DNA of 64,000 bases, taken from the NCBI RefSeq assembly GCF_009914755.1, contig NC_060933.1; one strand, written 5' to 3'. The notes below the pieces were generated by a model. The model was given only the letters and a program-made list of their open reading frames with translations, was not told the DNA's origin and ran no database searches. Below, in pieces: positions 31,101 through 45,810 of this stretch (positions are counted from its first letter, which is position 1; each line of letters opens with the position of its first letter). The translations under genes and the position numbers were made by a program. This DNA is from the human T2T-CHM13v2.0 reference genome, Homo sapiens.

Positions 31101-33497
31101 GATGAAATGATGAGATGAGATGAGATGACATGAAATAATGAAATGAAATTGAAATGAGATAAGATACGAGATGAGATGAAATGATGAGATGAAATGATGA
31201 AATGATGAGATAAGATGAAAAGAGTTGATGAGATGATGAGATGAAATGAGATGAAAAGATGAAATGATGAGATGAAATGAAATGATGAGATGAAATGAGG
31301 TGAAATGAAATTAGATGAAATGTAATGAGATGAAATGAAATGACATAATGAAATGAAATAATGAAATGAGATGAAATAAAATAATGAAATGATGAAATAA
31401 TGAAATGAAAATGAAATGGAAATGATGAGGTAAGAAATGATGAGATGAAATGATGAAATGAGATGAGATAAAATGAGATGAAATGATGAGATGAGATGAA
31501 ATATGAGATGAAATGACATAATGAATGAAATGATGAAACGGAATAATGAAATGGAAATGATGAGCTGAGATGCAATGAGTTGAAATGAGATGAAATGATG
31601 AAATGATATGAAATGATGAGATGAGATGTGATGAAATGATGACATGAAATGATGACATAAAATGAGATGAAATGAGATGTAATGATGGAATGAGATGAGA
31701 TGAAATGAGATGAAATGATAGATGAGATAAAATGATGATATGAAATGATGAGATGAATGATGAGATGATGAGATGAATGATGAAATGAAATGATGAGATG
31801 AGATGATGAAATGAAATGGTGAGATGAAATGATGAGATGAAATGAAATAGTGAAATGAAATTGAAATAAAATCGAGATGAGATGAAATGATGAGATGATG
31901 AAATAAAATGATGAAATGATGAGGTGATGAGATGAAATGATGAGATGAAATGATGAGATGAGATGAGATGACATGAAATAATGAAACGAAATTGAAATGA
32001 GATAAGATACGAGATGAGATGAAATGATGAGATGAAATGAAATGATAAGATGAAAAGAGTTGATGAGATGATGAGATGAAATGAGATGAAAAGATGAAAT
32101 GATGAGATGAAATGAAATGATGAGATGAAATGAGGTGAAATGAAATTAGATGAAATGTAATGAGATGAAATGAAATGACAATGAAATGAAAAAATGAAAT
32201 GAAATAATGAAATGAGGTGAAATTAAATGAGATGATGAAATTAAATGATGAAATGAAATAATGAAATGGAAATGATGAGATGAAATGAGATGAATGATGA
32301 GATGAAATGATGAGATGCAATGATGAGATGAAATGATAAGATGAGATGAGATGTAATGATGAGAGGAAATGAGATGTAATGAAATGAGATGAAATGAATG
32401 AGATGAAATGAAATAATGAAAGGAAATTGAATTGAGATATGAGATGAAATGAGATAAAATGAGATGAAATAAATGATGAGATGAAATGATGAAATGCTGA
32501 GGTGAGATGAAACGAGATGAAAGGATGAGATGAAATGATGAGGTGAGTGAGATGAGATGAAATGAGATGAAACGAGATGAAATGATGAAATGAGATGAGA
32601 TGAGAAGAAATGATTTGATGCAATGAGATGAGATAAAGTGATGAGATGAAATGAAATGAAGTGAAATGAAATAATGAAATGAAATTGAAATGAGATGAGA
32701 TGAAATGAGATAAAATGAGATGAAATGAGAAGAAATGAGATGAAATGATGAAATGAGATGATGAGATGAAAAATGATGAGATGAATTGAAATGAAATGAA
32801 ATAATGAAATAATGAAGTGAAATGAAATGATGAATTGATGATATTGAAATGAAATTGAAAGATGAGATGAAATGATGAGATGAAATGAAATGTTGAAATG
32901 ATGAAGAGATGTGACATGAAATGAGCTGAAATGAGATGAAATGAAATGAGATTAAATGATGAGATGAAAAATGATGAGATGAAAAATGATGAGATGAAAT
33001 GATGAGATGAGATGAGATGAATTGAGATGAGATGAGATGAAATAATGAAATTAGGTGAAATAATGAAATGAGATGAAATAACGAAATAAAATTGAAATGA
33101 GATGAGAGGAAATGAGATGAAATGTTGAAAAGAAAGGAGGAAATGATGAGGTGAGATGAAATGATGAGATGAAATTGAGATGAAATGAGATGAAAAATGA
33201 TACGAAAAATGATATAAAAAATATGACATGAGATGAAATGAGATGAAAAATGATACGAAAAATGATATAAAAAATATGACATGAAATGAAATGAGATGAT
33301 ATGAAATGACATAATGAAATAAATGAAATTACATGAAATGAAATAGTGAAATGAAATGATGAAATAATGAAAATGAAATGGAAATGAGATGAGATGAGAT
33401 TTGATGAAATGATGAGATGAAATGATGAGATGATATGAAATGATGAGATGAGATGGGATAAGATGAAATGAGATGAAATGATGAGGTGAAGTGATGC
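28186..33497 (+). repeat. GATGA/GAAAT(GAT) simple-sequence satellite with an internal ~830 bp higher-order repeat
   Basis: 5.3 kb of mixed GAAAT, GAGAT and GAT words. The plus strand has very little C. Rare landmark words recur at ~810-855 bp spacing. Confidence 0.95.
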
Positions 33498-34244
33498 ACT
33501 GTCACGTGTGTATCTTTTTCCCAACCAACAAAAATTATAATTCATTAATTTTATTATTTAAGAATATTCTTAAGAGTTGAAGGAAAAATAATATCTGTAC
33601 ATTATGGGTTACAATTAAGTATAAATAATACATAAATATATTAAAACTTACAAAGAATATGTTTCGGAATCGAATATACCATGCTTCTGTGATGACAGTT
33701 ATTTCATGCTGGTTGTCATAATTTTACATGAAAAACTAATGAAACAATGTTTTTAACTGTTTCTAAAAATAACAGTTTCCAAAACAGTTTTACATTCAAA
33801 ATATGAAAAAGATGTCTTTGTGTTCCTTAATCTGATGAGATTTTCACACTCTGCACATGATAATTGTTAGATTTTTATTGTGTTGATAAATTGTATATCA
33901 AATAAAAAATGTTATTACCTCTTAAATTAGGATTTTTAGGTGATATAGGCAGAAAGGAAGGCAAGTTTTTATAACTTTGTCTAAATGAACTTTCTAAATG
34001 CCTGAGTATTAAAAGATAGCATGTCTATAAATGACAATGTATATATTACTGTATGACCTAGGACCAATCAAAACCGTTACCTCTGATAACATTATATTGT
34101 GCCCAGTATAAAATAGATATAATAATACCTCAAACTTAAATCCAGGCATTGTCATTGAATATGTTAAGAATATGCAGCAAAGGTGCTTTTAAAAATACAA
34201 GCTAGTGATTGTACTAAATTTGTAAATCACATAGGATAGTGGGT

Positions 34245-34900
34245 CATTTTAAGAATATTATTTCAATCTATAAACGTGGATGTCTTTGCTTTTTTATGTT
34301 TTCTTTAATTTCTTTCATTAATATTTGTCATTTTTGTTGTCGAAATCTTTTACTTGGTTAAATTTATTTCTAAGTACATTTTTGTAGCTATTGTAAAAGG
34401 AATTGCTTTCTTAATTTCTTGTTTCAGCTAGTTTACTATCAATATATAGAAATGCTACTGATTTTAGTATGTTGATTTATATCCTGCAACTTTATTAATT
34501 TCATGTATCACCCTGAGAAGCTTTTGGTAGAGTCTTATTTTTTTCCATGTATAAGATCACATTGTCTTTAAACAAGGACAATTTGACTGTCTCCTTTCCA
34601 ATTCAGATGTCCTTTATTTCTTTCTCTCACCTAATTGTCCTGGCTAAGACTTTCACTATGTGAAATATGATTGGTGAGAATAGGCATCCTTTTCTTGTTC
34701 CAGTAAAATCTTTTTCTTGTTCACAGTAAAATCTTTCACCTTTTCCACACTCAGTATGATCTTAGCTGTAGATTTGTCCTTTATGTCCTTTGTGTTAAGG
34801 CATATATTTTCTATACTAAATTGTTGAGAAGTTTTTTGTCATGTAAGAATATTTAATTTTGCCAAACGCTTTTATTGTGTTTATTAATTTAATCATATGG
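34245..34900 (-). mobile_element. Old L1 ORF2 fragment
   Basis: Antisense L1 text such as AGAAATGCTACTGATTTT...TTTATATCCTGCAACTTTA. Confidence 0.82.
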
Positions 34901-34904
34901 TTTT

Positions 34905-35587
34905 CAGTATATATCCAAAGGAAAGAAAATCAGTATATCAAAGAGTTACCTGCACCCCCATGTTTATTACAGCACTATTCACAATAGCCAAGATATGGAA
35001 TCAACAAAAGTGTCCATCAACAGATGAATGGATAAAGAAATGTGACATACATATATAATGGAATATTATTTAGTCATAATAAAGAACAAAATCCTGTTGT
35101 TTGTGGCAACAAGAATGCAAGTGGAGGGCATTATGTTAGGTGAAATAAGCCTGGCATAGAAATATAAACACCACATAACTACGTGTTCTCACTTATGTAT
35201 GGAAGCTAAAATTTTTAATCTCGTAGAAGTAGATAGTAGAGTTTTGGTTACCATATCCTGGAAAGAGTAGGAGAAAGAAGAGTATAAGAAAAATGTGCTT
35301 AATACATACAAAATTACAGCTGGAGAGAAGGAAGAAGTTCTAGTTCTCTACAGCACTGTTGGGTGACTGTAGTTAATGGGAATTTATTGTGTGTTTTCAA
35401 ATAACTAAAAGAAAAGATTTTGAATATTCTCACTGCAAAGAAATAATACATGATTTAGGTAATGGATATGATAATGACTCTGACTTGATCTTTACGCATT
35501 GCATAAATATATCAAAATATCACTCTGTACCCCATAACATGTACATTTATTGTATGTCAATTAAAGTAAATTTAAAAGAGAAAAAAT
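34905..35587 (+). mobile_element. L1MA-like 3' end
   Basis: ATGTTTATTACAGCACTATTCACAATAGCCAAGATATGGAATCAAC, then an L1MA-type 3'UTR and A-rich end. Confidence 0.85.
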
Positions 35588-36119
35588 GAGGTAAAGGTAA
35601 ATGTACAGAATTTAATTACTTTTTCTTCTGTAAAACCCGAGTCAGTACCAAGAAGAGTCAATTTATTAGTTTTCTAAAATAAAAAAAATCAAAATCACCA
35701 AAAAAGAGCAATATCCAAGAAAACATTGAAAAGGAAACACAACATTTAGTAAGAATAGAAAACTTGGGCACTGTATCACCCTGTTCCTAGATACCGATTT
35801 ACTGATGGCCATTTAAATAGAATTTTATTCTATCTAATTCATTTATACTCCCAGAGTTTGAAATTACATTTTACCTACAATAAATGAGATAACACTTGTA
35901 AATTATATGGTACTCTGCCTAACACACGTTAATAACTCAATAGATGTTAGCAATAAACTTTTAGTATAGTAGTCAAAGTATTAATTTCTCACATTGCAAT
36001 TTCCTTCAAAGACATAAATACAACCTTTCTAATGACTCCTTGTTCATCAAGATACCTCTTCAAATTATTCTATTTGTTTCATTCAGTATATTATCTGTGT
36101 ATACCGATATTACACTCTT

Positions 36120-36439
<320 letters not shown>

Positions 36440-36783
36440 TGAATATCTTTTTGAAAGATTACACCTCTTTACCTCTTCGTGCTTCAGAAATTATTTTCCT
36501 TCAAGTGTTCTAAGAGGCTAATGAAGAATGAAGTCATGTTTTATCACTTTTGTCCTTAAAGATTTCAGACATGCTGAAACTGATTGAAGTATCATTTGCT
36601 ACCAGATAGATTAGTTATCTCTAGTTGTAGGAGTGGATACATCTTTAATGGTATATTTTGGTTTATTGTCTTATTTTTGATGTAGTATTCTATCAATAAT
36701 TTATTAAACCTGGCATCCTTGAGTGAGCATGGATTTTTCAACTTTGGTGTTATATTGTGTTTGCTTTTAAAAACTGCTTTTGA

Positions 36784-37095
36784 GGCCAGGTATGGTGGCT
36801 CTTGCCCATACCCAGCACTCTGGGAGGCCAAGGTGGGCGGATTACCTCAGGTCAGGAGTTCAAGACCAGCCTGGTCAACATGGCAAAACCATGTCTCTAC
36901 TAAAAACACAAAATTAGCCAGGCATGGTGGTGCATGCTTGTAGTCCTAACCACTCGAGAGGCTGAGGCAAGAGAATCACCTGAACCTGGGAGGCAAAATT
37001 TGCTAGGTTGCTGTGAGCCAAATTCGCATCATTGCCCTCCAGCCTGGGTGAAAAGAGCAAAACTCTGTCTCAAAATAAAAAAAAAAAAAACGACC
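36784..37095 (+). mobile_element. Alu (AluS-like)
   Basis: Sense dimer. TSD AAAAACTGCTTTTGA on both sides. Confidence 0.94.
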
Positions 37096-39959
37096 AAAAA
37101 CTGCTTTTGAATGGAGTTGTACATACAATTTTGATGAAAAAAATTATCAAGTGCATAAGTTCATAATAGAAAAACCAATAATACTCCAGGCACAAGTTAG
37201 TACTAAAAAAATTATGTTGAATATGCTCTAATACAACATGCTTTTTCCCTTCATGAACAATTTGTGTTTTACTGAGAAGAGTCATTGTTTATGGTAGACA
37301 TTAGACTACAGATGAATATGCACTTTAAACACTCTTAGTTGCTTTCTTAATTTTATATCTGCTGCTTTATGCTTCTGTTTATTTTCATTCTTTCCAATGT
37401 CCACATTCTAGTAAATTTGAATATTTTAATCCAAGTTTATATACTATTTAATATTGCTTGTATAGTTTAGTATTGTTAAGACTCAAAAAGGTTTACAGAA
37501 AGAAGAAAAAGATCAACATGTTATTAATCATTTAAAGATCATTTTGAAATCTTTGACCTTTATATTTTAATGAATAAAATATTAGTAGTTATTAGTATAA
37601 AATAATTTATGTCTTTTGGACTTAGCATCCAGTATTTCTTTTTTAATAAAGAAAATAATTATTCTCTTGCAATATACTATGTTTACCTGGGTTTTGAAAA
37701 GTGATGTTTCCTAATATGAGAAAGCCATTTACATTTTTAAATCTACAAAGGCAAATGGAATGGTACTAAATTATTTATATAATAATGTTTAGATGGTGAC
37801 CCTTATAACATTCTTTCTATACTTCCTACAGAGTTGGGGATATGCAATCCTGGAATATTTCTGGGAGCTAATCCTTTAGCTTGATGAATGAAACAAGACT
37901 TTTAAATAAAATTAAACTTTCAAATTATCCAGGTAATGGGCCTGTCTTTTAATTCAATGGATATGGAGCATAATGAATTATCCCCTGTTCATTGGGTAAT
38001 AAGTTCTCATTCTTAATTTATAATACTCAAAATATCCTTTAATTTTTAATTTTTGATAGTCATATCATTATCCCTAGGTATTTTAGCTTCTATCTTAAAT
38101 TCTAAAATAATTTTGAGACAGGAGAAAGTATTCTTTATTACTATATGTATTAAACATCATGGTTTTCAAATTTAACTGCAAATGTATCTTTTCATTGCTT
38201 CTTGGTGACGCCCTTCACCCTATCCATATTGTCACTACCAAGTGGTGATTACTTTTCAGGTTCACATACTTATTCTTTAGAAAAATCTTCTCTGTGCCTT
38301 ATAAAGAATATGATTGTTGGCATTGAAAAGCCAGTGAAATATACATTATTAGCCTGTTGCCTAACTCATTTATTTAAGAAACTACACTAATTACCCACAT
38401 ACTTATGTTTTTATTTACTCATTATTTCTGGAGAAAACAAATACTGCTAACATGATATTTGTAAGAGAGAAAAAAGTCTTTTCTTGAAAAGTGCTGTCAT
38501 TGTAGTACTAACTTATAGTATCAACTTCTTTATCAACTCCTTATACACTTTTTATTCTGAGAGAAATAAAAAAGCTAAAAGTGAAATGACTTTGTAACTC
38601 TCCATATTATAAGCACCCATCTTGGTAATTTAGGGTCTTTATAGTTAGGGTAAGTTGTGTCATACCGAGGTTACAAAATAAAAAGTATTTTGTCTCTTTG
38701 GGCCTTTCCTTATTCAGTAATACTGTCAGTTTGGCTTTTTTTGTAGGTCAACTTATTGAACTCAGTATTCTGAAATAATGTGTTTACTATCTTTTGATAA
38801 GCATTTAAAATATTAGATTTATTGTTACTCGTCTGCCTTCATTGGGCTGGAAGAATAATTGTTTCACTCCACAAAAGCCAAGTTGCAGAGAAAAACACAT
38901 AGACATTCAACTGCAAAGCAGAGAAACTTGACTATTTTCTGCAATTTTAAAGTGTATATTGAATAAAACCATCTTTTTATTTTCTTTTTTGCTCACTGGC
39001 AACTATTAACAACATCAAGTGCGTTATTATAATGTTATCTAGTTAAAAATCTCAAAAAGTTTTCATAATTACCATTTAAAAATATATAAATAAGTGACCT
39101 AATGTTAATTTTTATTGTCTGAGACCATGTCTGTTATTTCACTCTTTAAATTCAGTTAGTAATGCAGAACCTAGCACTTAGTAGATACTCAAAAATTATT
39201 TGCTGAATAAAAAAAGGTTAAACATGTAATATACACAAAATGTACTGGAAAAAATGCACCAAACAATTTTGTTATACCAGTTTAATGTAAATATTGTCTT
39301 TAAAAGATAATATAGTTTTCAGGTGTCTACAGTGATTTTGTAATATTTGTGCACATATAAAGTAATATTTCCAAAAATGTAATCCAGTGGGGAAATATAC
39401 TTTCTAAATTCTAGATTTATAATTTAGGGTTTAAATTATAAAATCATTAAATAAGACACAAGTGAAATATAGTCAAATATCCCCTTGGAAAAAAATTAAG
39501 TGGCCTCTAAAGTGAGGTATTCATATATGTAATTTTACAATCCTCTAGTGATAGAATTAATTAAATATGCCACCAAATTGATTAATTCCTACAGTGTTAA
39601 AAGAGAAGCACTAACAATGCCAGTGACCATGTAACATGGATTTAAGCTACAAGTCATAGAAATGTGATGAGAAGCCTCAGCACTGTAAAACCGAGGGTGG
39701 AGGGAAGCTTTTCCTCTCTCAAATGAGCTTTGCGAGGTATACTTCTTGAAGGATAGGAAGTTGAAGTGTTCAGGACTTTTATGTCTATTCTACTTTGGCT
39801 TAGTTTACATGATTCTTAGTTTATTAGCCTAGAAATGGCCAAGAAAACTTAAGGCTCAATATTTAGTTATAAATATGAAATATCCCCAATTTTTAAGATA
39901 AAAACAACTTATAAATGTATTTGTCTGTAAAAATTGTGTATATTTTTACAGAACATCTA

Positions 39960-40340
39960 TTTCTTTCTTTATTTTTTTATTTTTTTTATACTTTAAATTC
40001 TAGGGTACACATGAACAATGTGCAGGTTTGTTGCATATGTATACGTGTGCCATGTTGGTGTGCTGCACCCATTAACTCATCATTTATGTTAGGCATATCT
40101 CCTAATGCTATCTCTCCCCCCTCCCCCCACCCCACAACAGGCCCTGGTGTGTGATGTTCCCCTTCCTGTGTCCAAGTGTTCTCATTGTTCAATTCCCACC
40201 TATGAGTGAGAACATGCGGTGTTTGGTTTTTTGTCCTTGCGATAGTTTGCTGAGAATGATGGTTTCCAGCTTCATCCATGTCCCTAGTAAGGACATGAAC
40301 TCATCATTTTTTATGGCTGCATAGTATTCCATGGTGTATA
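39960..40340 (-). mobile_element. L1PA 3' end (~380 bp)
   Basis: Antisense L1PA 3'UTR closely similar to 2376-2750. No TSD seen. Confidence 0.93.
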
Positions 40341-40461
40341 ATGAACCTGAAACGGGAAAGGGCGAGATTAACTAAGCCTGTTTGCCATGGACAGCAATGG
40401 GGTTGCTAGAAGATTAGCTGTGTGGAAAAATTATGCATTTACCTTTGGGCATAATAAAATG

Positions 40462-40779
40462 CAATTGACTCTCCATATTCATGGGTTCTGCATCCACTGA
40501 TTCAAACAACTGTGGAACAAAATTGTCAGAAAAAACAATACAACGATAAAAAATGATACAAATAAAAAACAACATGGTATACCAACTATTTACGTAGCAT
40601 TTACATCGTATTAATTGTTATTAAGTAATCTAGAGATTATTTAAAGTATATAGGAGGATGTGTGTAGGTTATATGCAAATACTACACTATTTTATACCAG
40701 TAACTTGAGCATCCATGGATTTTGGTATACAAGGGGGATCCTGGAACCAATTCCCCATGCATATCAAAGGATGACTGTA
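40462..40779 (-). mobile_element. MER2-like TcMar-Tigger DNA transposon
   Basis: GGGGATCCTGGAACCAATTCCCC...GGATGACTGTA end and GGGTTCTGCATCC...GATTCAAACAAC start. Confidence 0.8.
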
Positions 40780-43245
40780 TGAGTTATCTGTAAAATGGTT
40801 TGGTTGAAATGTTTAGAAAACAGCTAGAAATACAAGACTGGCTGTTGGATGAAAAAAACATAGGACTAGGAAATTCAGGTATGCTAGTCTTTTTGAGTAT
40901 TGCTTAAAGCCATGGGAAAAGAGCTCTCTGTGAGTTCCAAGACAGATGCAAGGACTGGCATTCATGCACAGCTTCTAACAGATAAATCTGAAGAGTTCTT
41001 AGTATGCATGTTGACTGAAATTACTTTAGAAGTAATTTTTCTCCTGGTGATAAAAGGCATGTAAGGCTATTTTAGGAAATTGAAAAATGCAAAAAGGTAT
41101 AAAGAAAAAGAAAAGATAATCATTAATAGTACGTTAGTAAACAAGACTTGACTAAAGATACGACTTTCCTCCCGCTTGTTTTCTTATGCATATAAAGGGA
41201 TAGGAAATATGTATGTATGTATGTGTGTGTATAGGATCATGCACTGTATATAGCTTGCTTCTTTTTCCATTATGATAATTTTCCCATGTCATGAATTACG
41301 GCTTGCAAGTGCTTATTCTTAAAGGGCTGCATTATTTTTCATTATTTGGATTTATTGTTATTTAATTGGAGCTCTATTATTGAACATTTAGATTGCTTCC
41401 AAAATTTTTTGCTCTTGTTAATATATTGTAATAAACTTCTGTGAAACACATACTCTTCACCTGCTACTTACATATGACTTCTGTAAGCAGAGACCTCTGT
41501 ATCCCCAGGACCTAGAAGGTTACCCAGACATAGTAGTTGCTTAATTAAAAAAAATTATTGATTGAATGAAAGAAGACTATTAAATGTTCAGTTCTTCTTT
41601 TTTTATTCTGATTCCCTGTGTATCCAGGGGCCTCTTATTTGGCTGCATATATGAGTTTGGCTGTAATGAAAGTATTGGCCGTATATGACCATAAACAGGC
41701 ATTCCTATTTCTGTCACAGTTATATTTGTCATTCTGTATTAATACATCTATATCCTGATTTCTATTGAAGCATGGTTAATTTTGTTTGCTTCTAAGCAAT
41801 GTAGCTACCCTGTTGATGCTGATAAAAATAAATTTCTGAACCTATAAGACTGAGGATTGGGCCTAGGTTGTAGTAAATTGGCAAGATAATGGATGCTACC
41901 CTGTCAAGAGTCCTCTGAAGAGAAAAGTCTGCCACCCTTCACCAGGTAGAAACTCCAGGCAGTGCCACATTTTCCAGTTTGACGCCCTGTGATACCCTGA
42001 AAAGACAGATGTTTGACTCTTTTCAAATAATATTTTAACATATTTTAAGACGCAAAGGCATTGTGTCGGACTTTTTTCTTAAGAATATATTTCATTACCA
42101 CTCAGAAGTTAGCTTCCAAAAGAAATAAGTGTGTGCAAAGGTTTATGATAGTGGTGTAGAGAAGTTTTTAAAATAAATGTGCATCTTTTATGGTAATAAA
42201 AGCACATTACGAAGAATTTTTTAGGTCCAGTTCACAGATTCCTTGTGCCTGGGGAAAACTTTATTAGAAAATTAGATAATTTCTAATTTGATTAGGGGAA
42301 GTCTAATGGGAAAACTTTTTAACTGAGCGGTCCAATTTGAAACATGAATATCTGTGCTGGAAGCTTCTATTGAACTTTACTTAAGTCACATCTGAGCCCC
42401 TCTGCCTGTCAGTCCACCATTACCCTAACAGTGGTAGAAATTCTTTATATGACACCTAGATCTTTTTTTGTTGCACTTTTAAGCTGTGTAGGAAACACAC
42501 TGCCCACATGTTCATACAACACAGAGTGATTATCCACTTAGTTCCTAAAAAGTTGTGTTTGGTTATGGGATTTGATCCCACTTGTCCAGGGTTTAGGTCA
42601 GCTACTGAAGATTAGGATATCTGGGTACCTCTTACTGGAGAATCCATTCCTGTTTTCATTTCATTCCTGGGGGCAATATTCAATCTGGTGTGGCCCTCTG
42701 TATTATAAAATGTTTCCCAGATTGTGTTTATCTGAAATACAAATCCAAGAAGAAGCATGGTGTTAATTGCCATGTAAAAAAGATTCCAGAGTCAAGAGCT
42801 TGAGAAGTTCTATTCCTTCCTTCATAGGTTCAGTTGTTTAACTCAGCATTTTTCAAACATATTTTACTCCTAGAACCTGTTTTTCCTCAGACATATTTAA
42901 GAAAAAAGCGTTTTGTAGAACACATTTGGACAAATGATACTTTATATCATTGCTTTGTTTTTTAAATTTTAGTTTGACTCAATTTTACAGTTTCAGGATT
43001 TTGTTTCTGTTTCAGGTTTTAAGCTTTTCTTTTATAAATAGTTACTTTCCTAGTCTGAAATCTATACATTGTTTCAGTAATGAATTCATTATGTAAATTT
43101 GCCCATCATTCATCTAAAGGGAATAAACATTAAATTGTTTTTTTAAATTTTGACTTGTGTCACATATGAGAATATAAAGTATATCTGTACAATAAAGGAA
43201 AATGAAACATCAAAGTATCTACCTCAGGTTAAGAAGCAGAACTTG

Positions 43246-43476
43246 GCTGGGCATGGTGGCTCACACCTGTAGTCCCAGCACTTTGGGAGGCAGAAGTGGG
43301 AAGATCACTTGAAGCCAGGAGTTGGAGACCAGCTTGTTCAATAAAGGAAGACCTCATCTCTAACAACAACCACAACAGCAAAAAATTAGCCAGGCACGGT
43401 GACACATGCTTATAGTCCCAGCTACTGGTGCAGCCTCGAACTCCTGGTCTCAAGCCATCTTCCCACCTCAGCCTCA
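43246..43476. mobile_element. Diverged Alu (plus, to ~43428) fused to a short antisense Alu piece
   Basis: Sense Alu stops at CCCAGCTACT and continues as GCAGCCTCGAACTCCTGG...CCACCTCAGCCTC. Confidence 0.8.
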
Positions 43477-44163
43477 TGTTGTAGTGAACTTTGTTATGCA
43501 GTGTCTCCTATTCTACTTGTGCAGGAGTATTTTTCCAGTATGTACCTGGAGTGGAATTGCTTGGTCATTGGGCATGTGTGTGTTCAGCTCTATTGAGTGG
43601 CATCATACTGTTCTCCAAGGCAGTTGTACCAATCTACACCCTCACCAGCAGTGAATAGTCTTCCCATTGTTCTTCCTCAATGAAACTAGATATTCACAGC
43701 CTTTTAGGTTTTTCCTAGAGTATGAAGTGGTATCTCTTTGGGGTTTTAATATTTATTTCCCTGATTAGAATTGTAGTTGAGTATCTTTTATTATGTTTAT
43801 GGGCCATTTATGTTTTCTCTTCTGTGAAATTCCTATTCGGGTTTTTTGCTCATTTTAAATGTTGTTGTTTGTGTTTTTCTTATATAGGAATTCTTCACGC
43901 ATTCAAGATGCACGTATGTTGTTCAGCATAGTACCTGAGACATAGAAACAACTTTGTAAGAATAGCTATCATTACATTACCATTGTATTTAATCCTTTGT
44001 TTTTATGTGTTACAATTATCTTCTGCTAATTTGTGGCTTATTTTTCATTCTGTAATGCTCATTTTTTAACCTAGTATTCTATTATTTTAAAAATACACAA
44101 TCTTGAGTAGTCTACATGTTCATAACCATGACATATTCATGTTGCATTTGTTCTGTGTCATAA

Positions 44164-44599
<436 letters not shown>

Positions 44600-44661
44600 T
44601 AGATGCATTTGTCTCTCCAAATGCACTGTGATTATTTCGAAGACAAAACATTTTTGGCATT

Positions 44662-44664
<3 letters not shown>

Positions 44665-44718
<54 letters not shown>

Positions 44719-44820
44719 TATATATATGTATGTATATATGTATATAATATAGTATAAATATTTATTTATGTTTTATATATCATATAAAAATTATATATAA
44801 AAATTATATATATATATATA
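44665..44820. repeat. (TA)n-rich microsatellite
   Basis: About 19 perfect TA units followed by degenerate TA/TATG. Confidence 0.95.
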
Positions 44821-45123
44821 AATGCCACTTATCCCTAATATAGGGACTCGATTAGTTTCTGCTAGTGTGGAGACAAGTCATATGGCTAGGGGCCATGATG
44901 GTAGGAGCAGTCAGAGGATTTCTTGCATTGTGATGAGTGCCTATAAGTTAAATGAGCCACTTATCAGTAGATTTGATAGCAGGATAATAGTTATATCACT
45001 GATACCTAGGCAGTACATGACACTCGGTAAAGAATAGATTAATCCTCGTGCTCTTCATCTTCCTCCTAATCTCTTTACCTGTGCTGCCCTCCAGCTTTCA
45101 AAGTGCTCTGAGTCATCACTTAC

Positions 45124-45527
45124 ACAGTGTTCCTTAGCTGCCCCTTCAGTGAGCCAGTGTTTCTGTGCCCCAGTGTTCCTGAGAGTTAGAACACAGAAAA
45201 CAGAGCAGGCTCTTGCCCACATCACAGAACATCTTTGTCTCCCTGTGGATCCCGCACATTTGTTCATTAGAGCTCAGGAATTGCCAGAGACTGGCTTTTG
45301 TGGCAATGGACACTAGATTCTTCAGAAGAATATTGGTTGAAATCTTCCTGCTGTGACAATTCCCTGCATGCAGGGCAGGAGTGTGTGCTTCTTCCCAGCA
45401 AAGGCAGAGGCAGGGCCTACAGAAACTGTGCCCGCAGCCTATAGTGATGGGGTCTATGAGGTAATTCAGGCAGATGAGGCAGGTGAGTTCTTTCTGGAAG
45501 GCTTGTGGGAAGTCTAAGTCCATTTTT
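45124..45527 (-). pseudogene. TRIM43-like pseudogene, first coding exon (RING and B-box), frame-disrupted
   Basis: [46 protein letters not shown]...[23 protein letters not shown]...[20 protein letters not shown] closely follows the TRIM43 N-terminus. Acceptor ttccctcag precedes AAAAATG and donor gtaagt follows EGAAKEHC. The last RING CxxC is lost and the B-box end is in another frame. Confidence 0.88.
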
Positions 45528-45728
45528 CTGAGGGAAGAAAACCAGAAGAATTTATTCTTATGCCACAGAGAGGCAAAGATCTACACAAAGTTTGAATCAG
45601 GTTTTGAGTAGGATTCGCTCACAGGTTTAAATCTATAGCAGGATACGATTTTATTTTGCACATAACAAAAATGAAAAACTGAGGCATAGAATTCAAGCTT
45701 TGCAGAAAAATGTGTTGGCTCCCTAACC

Positions 45729-45729
<1 letters not shown>

Positions 45730-45769
<40 letters not shown>
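45730..45769 (+). repeat. (CA)n microsatellite
   Basis: About 19 CA units. Confidence 0.97.
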
Positions 45770-45772
<3 letters not shown>

Positions 45773-45810
45773 CTTTCCAAATTCTTTCCTCCTGTATGAA
45801 AAAAACTTAA

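Noticed and set aside
28217-33545. Very long minus-strand ORFs (1670, 1052 and 388 aa; Ser/His/Phe/Ile-rich)
   Set aside because: Artefact of the satellite. The CATTT/CATCT strand has almost no G and rarely TAA, so stops are scarce in every frame.
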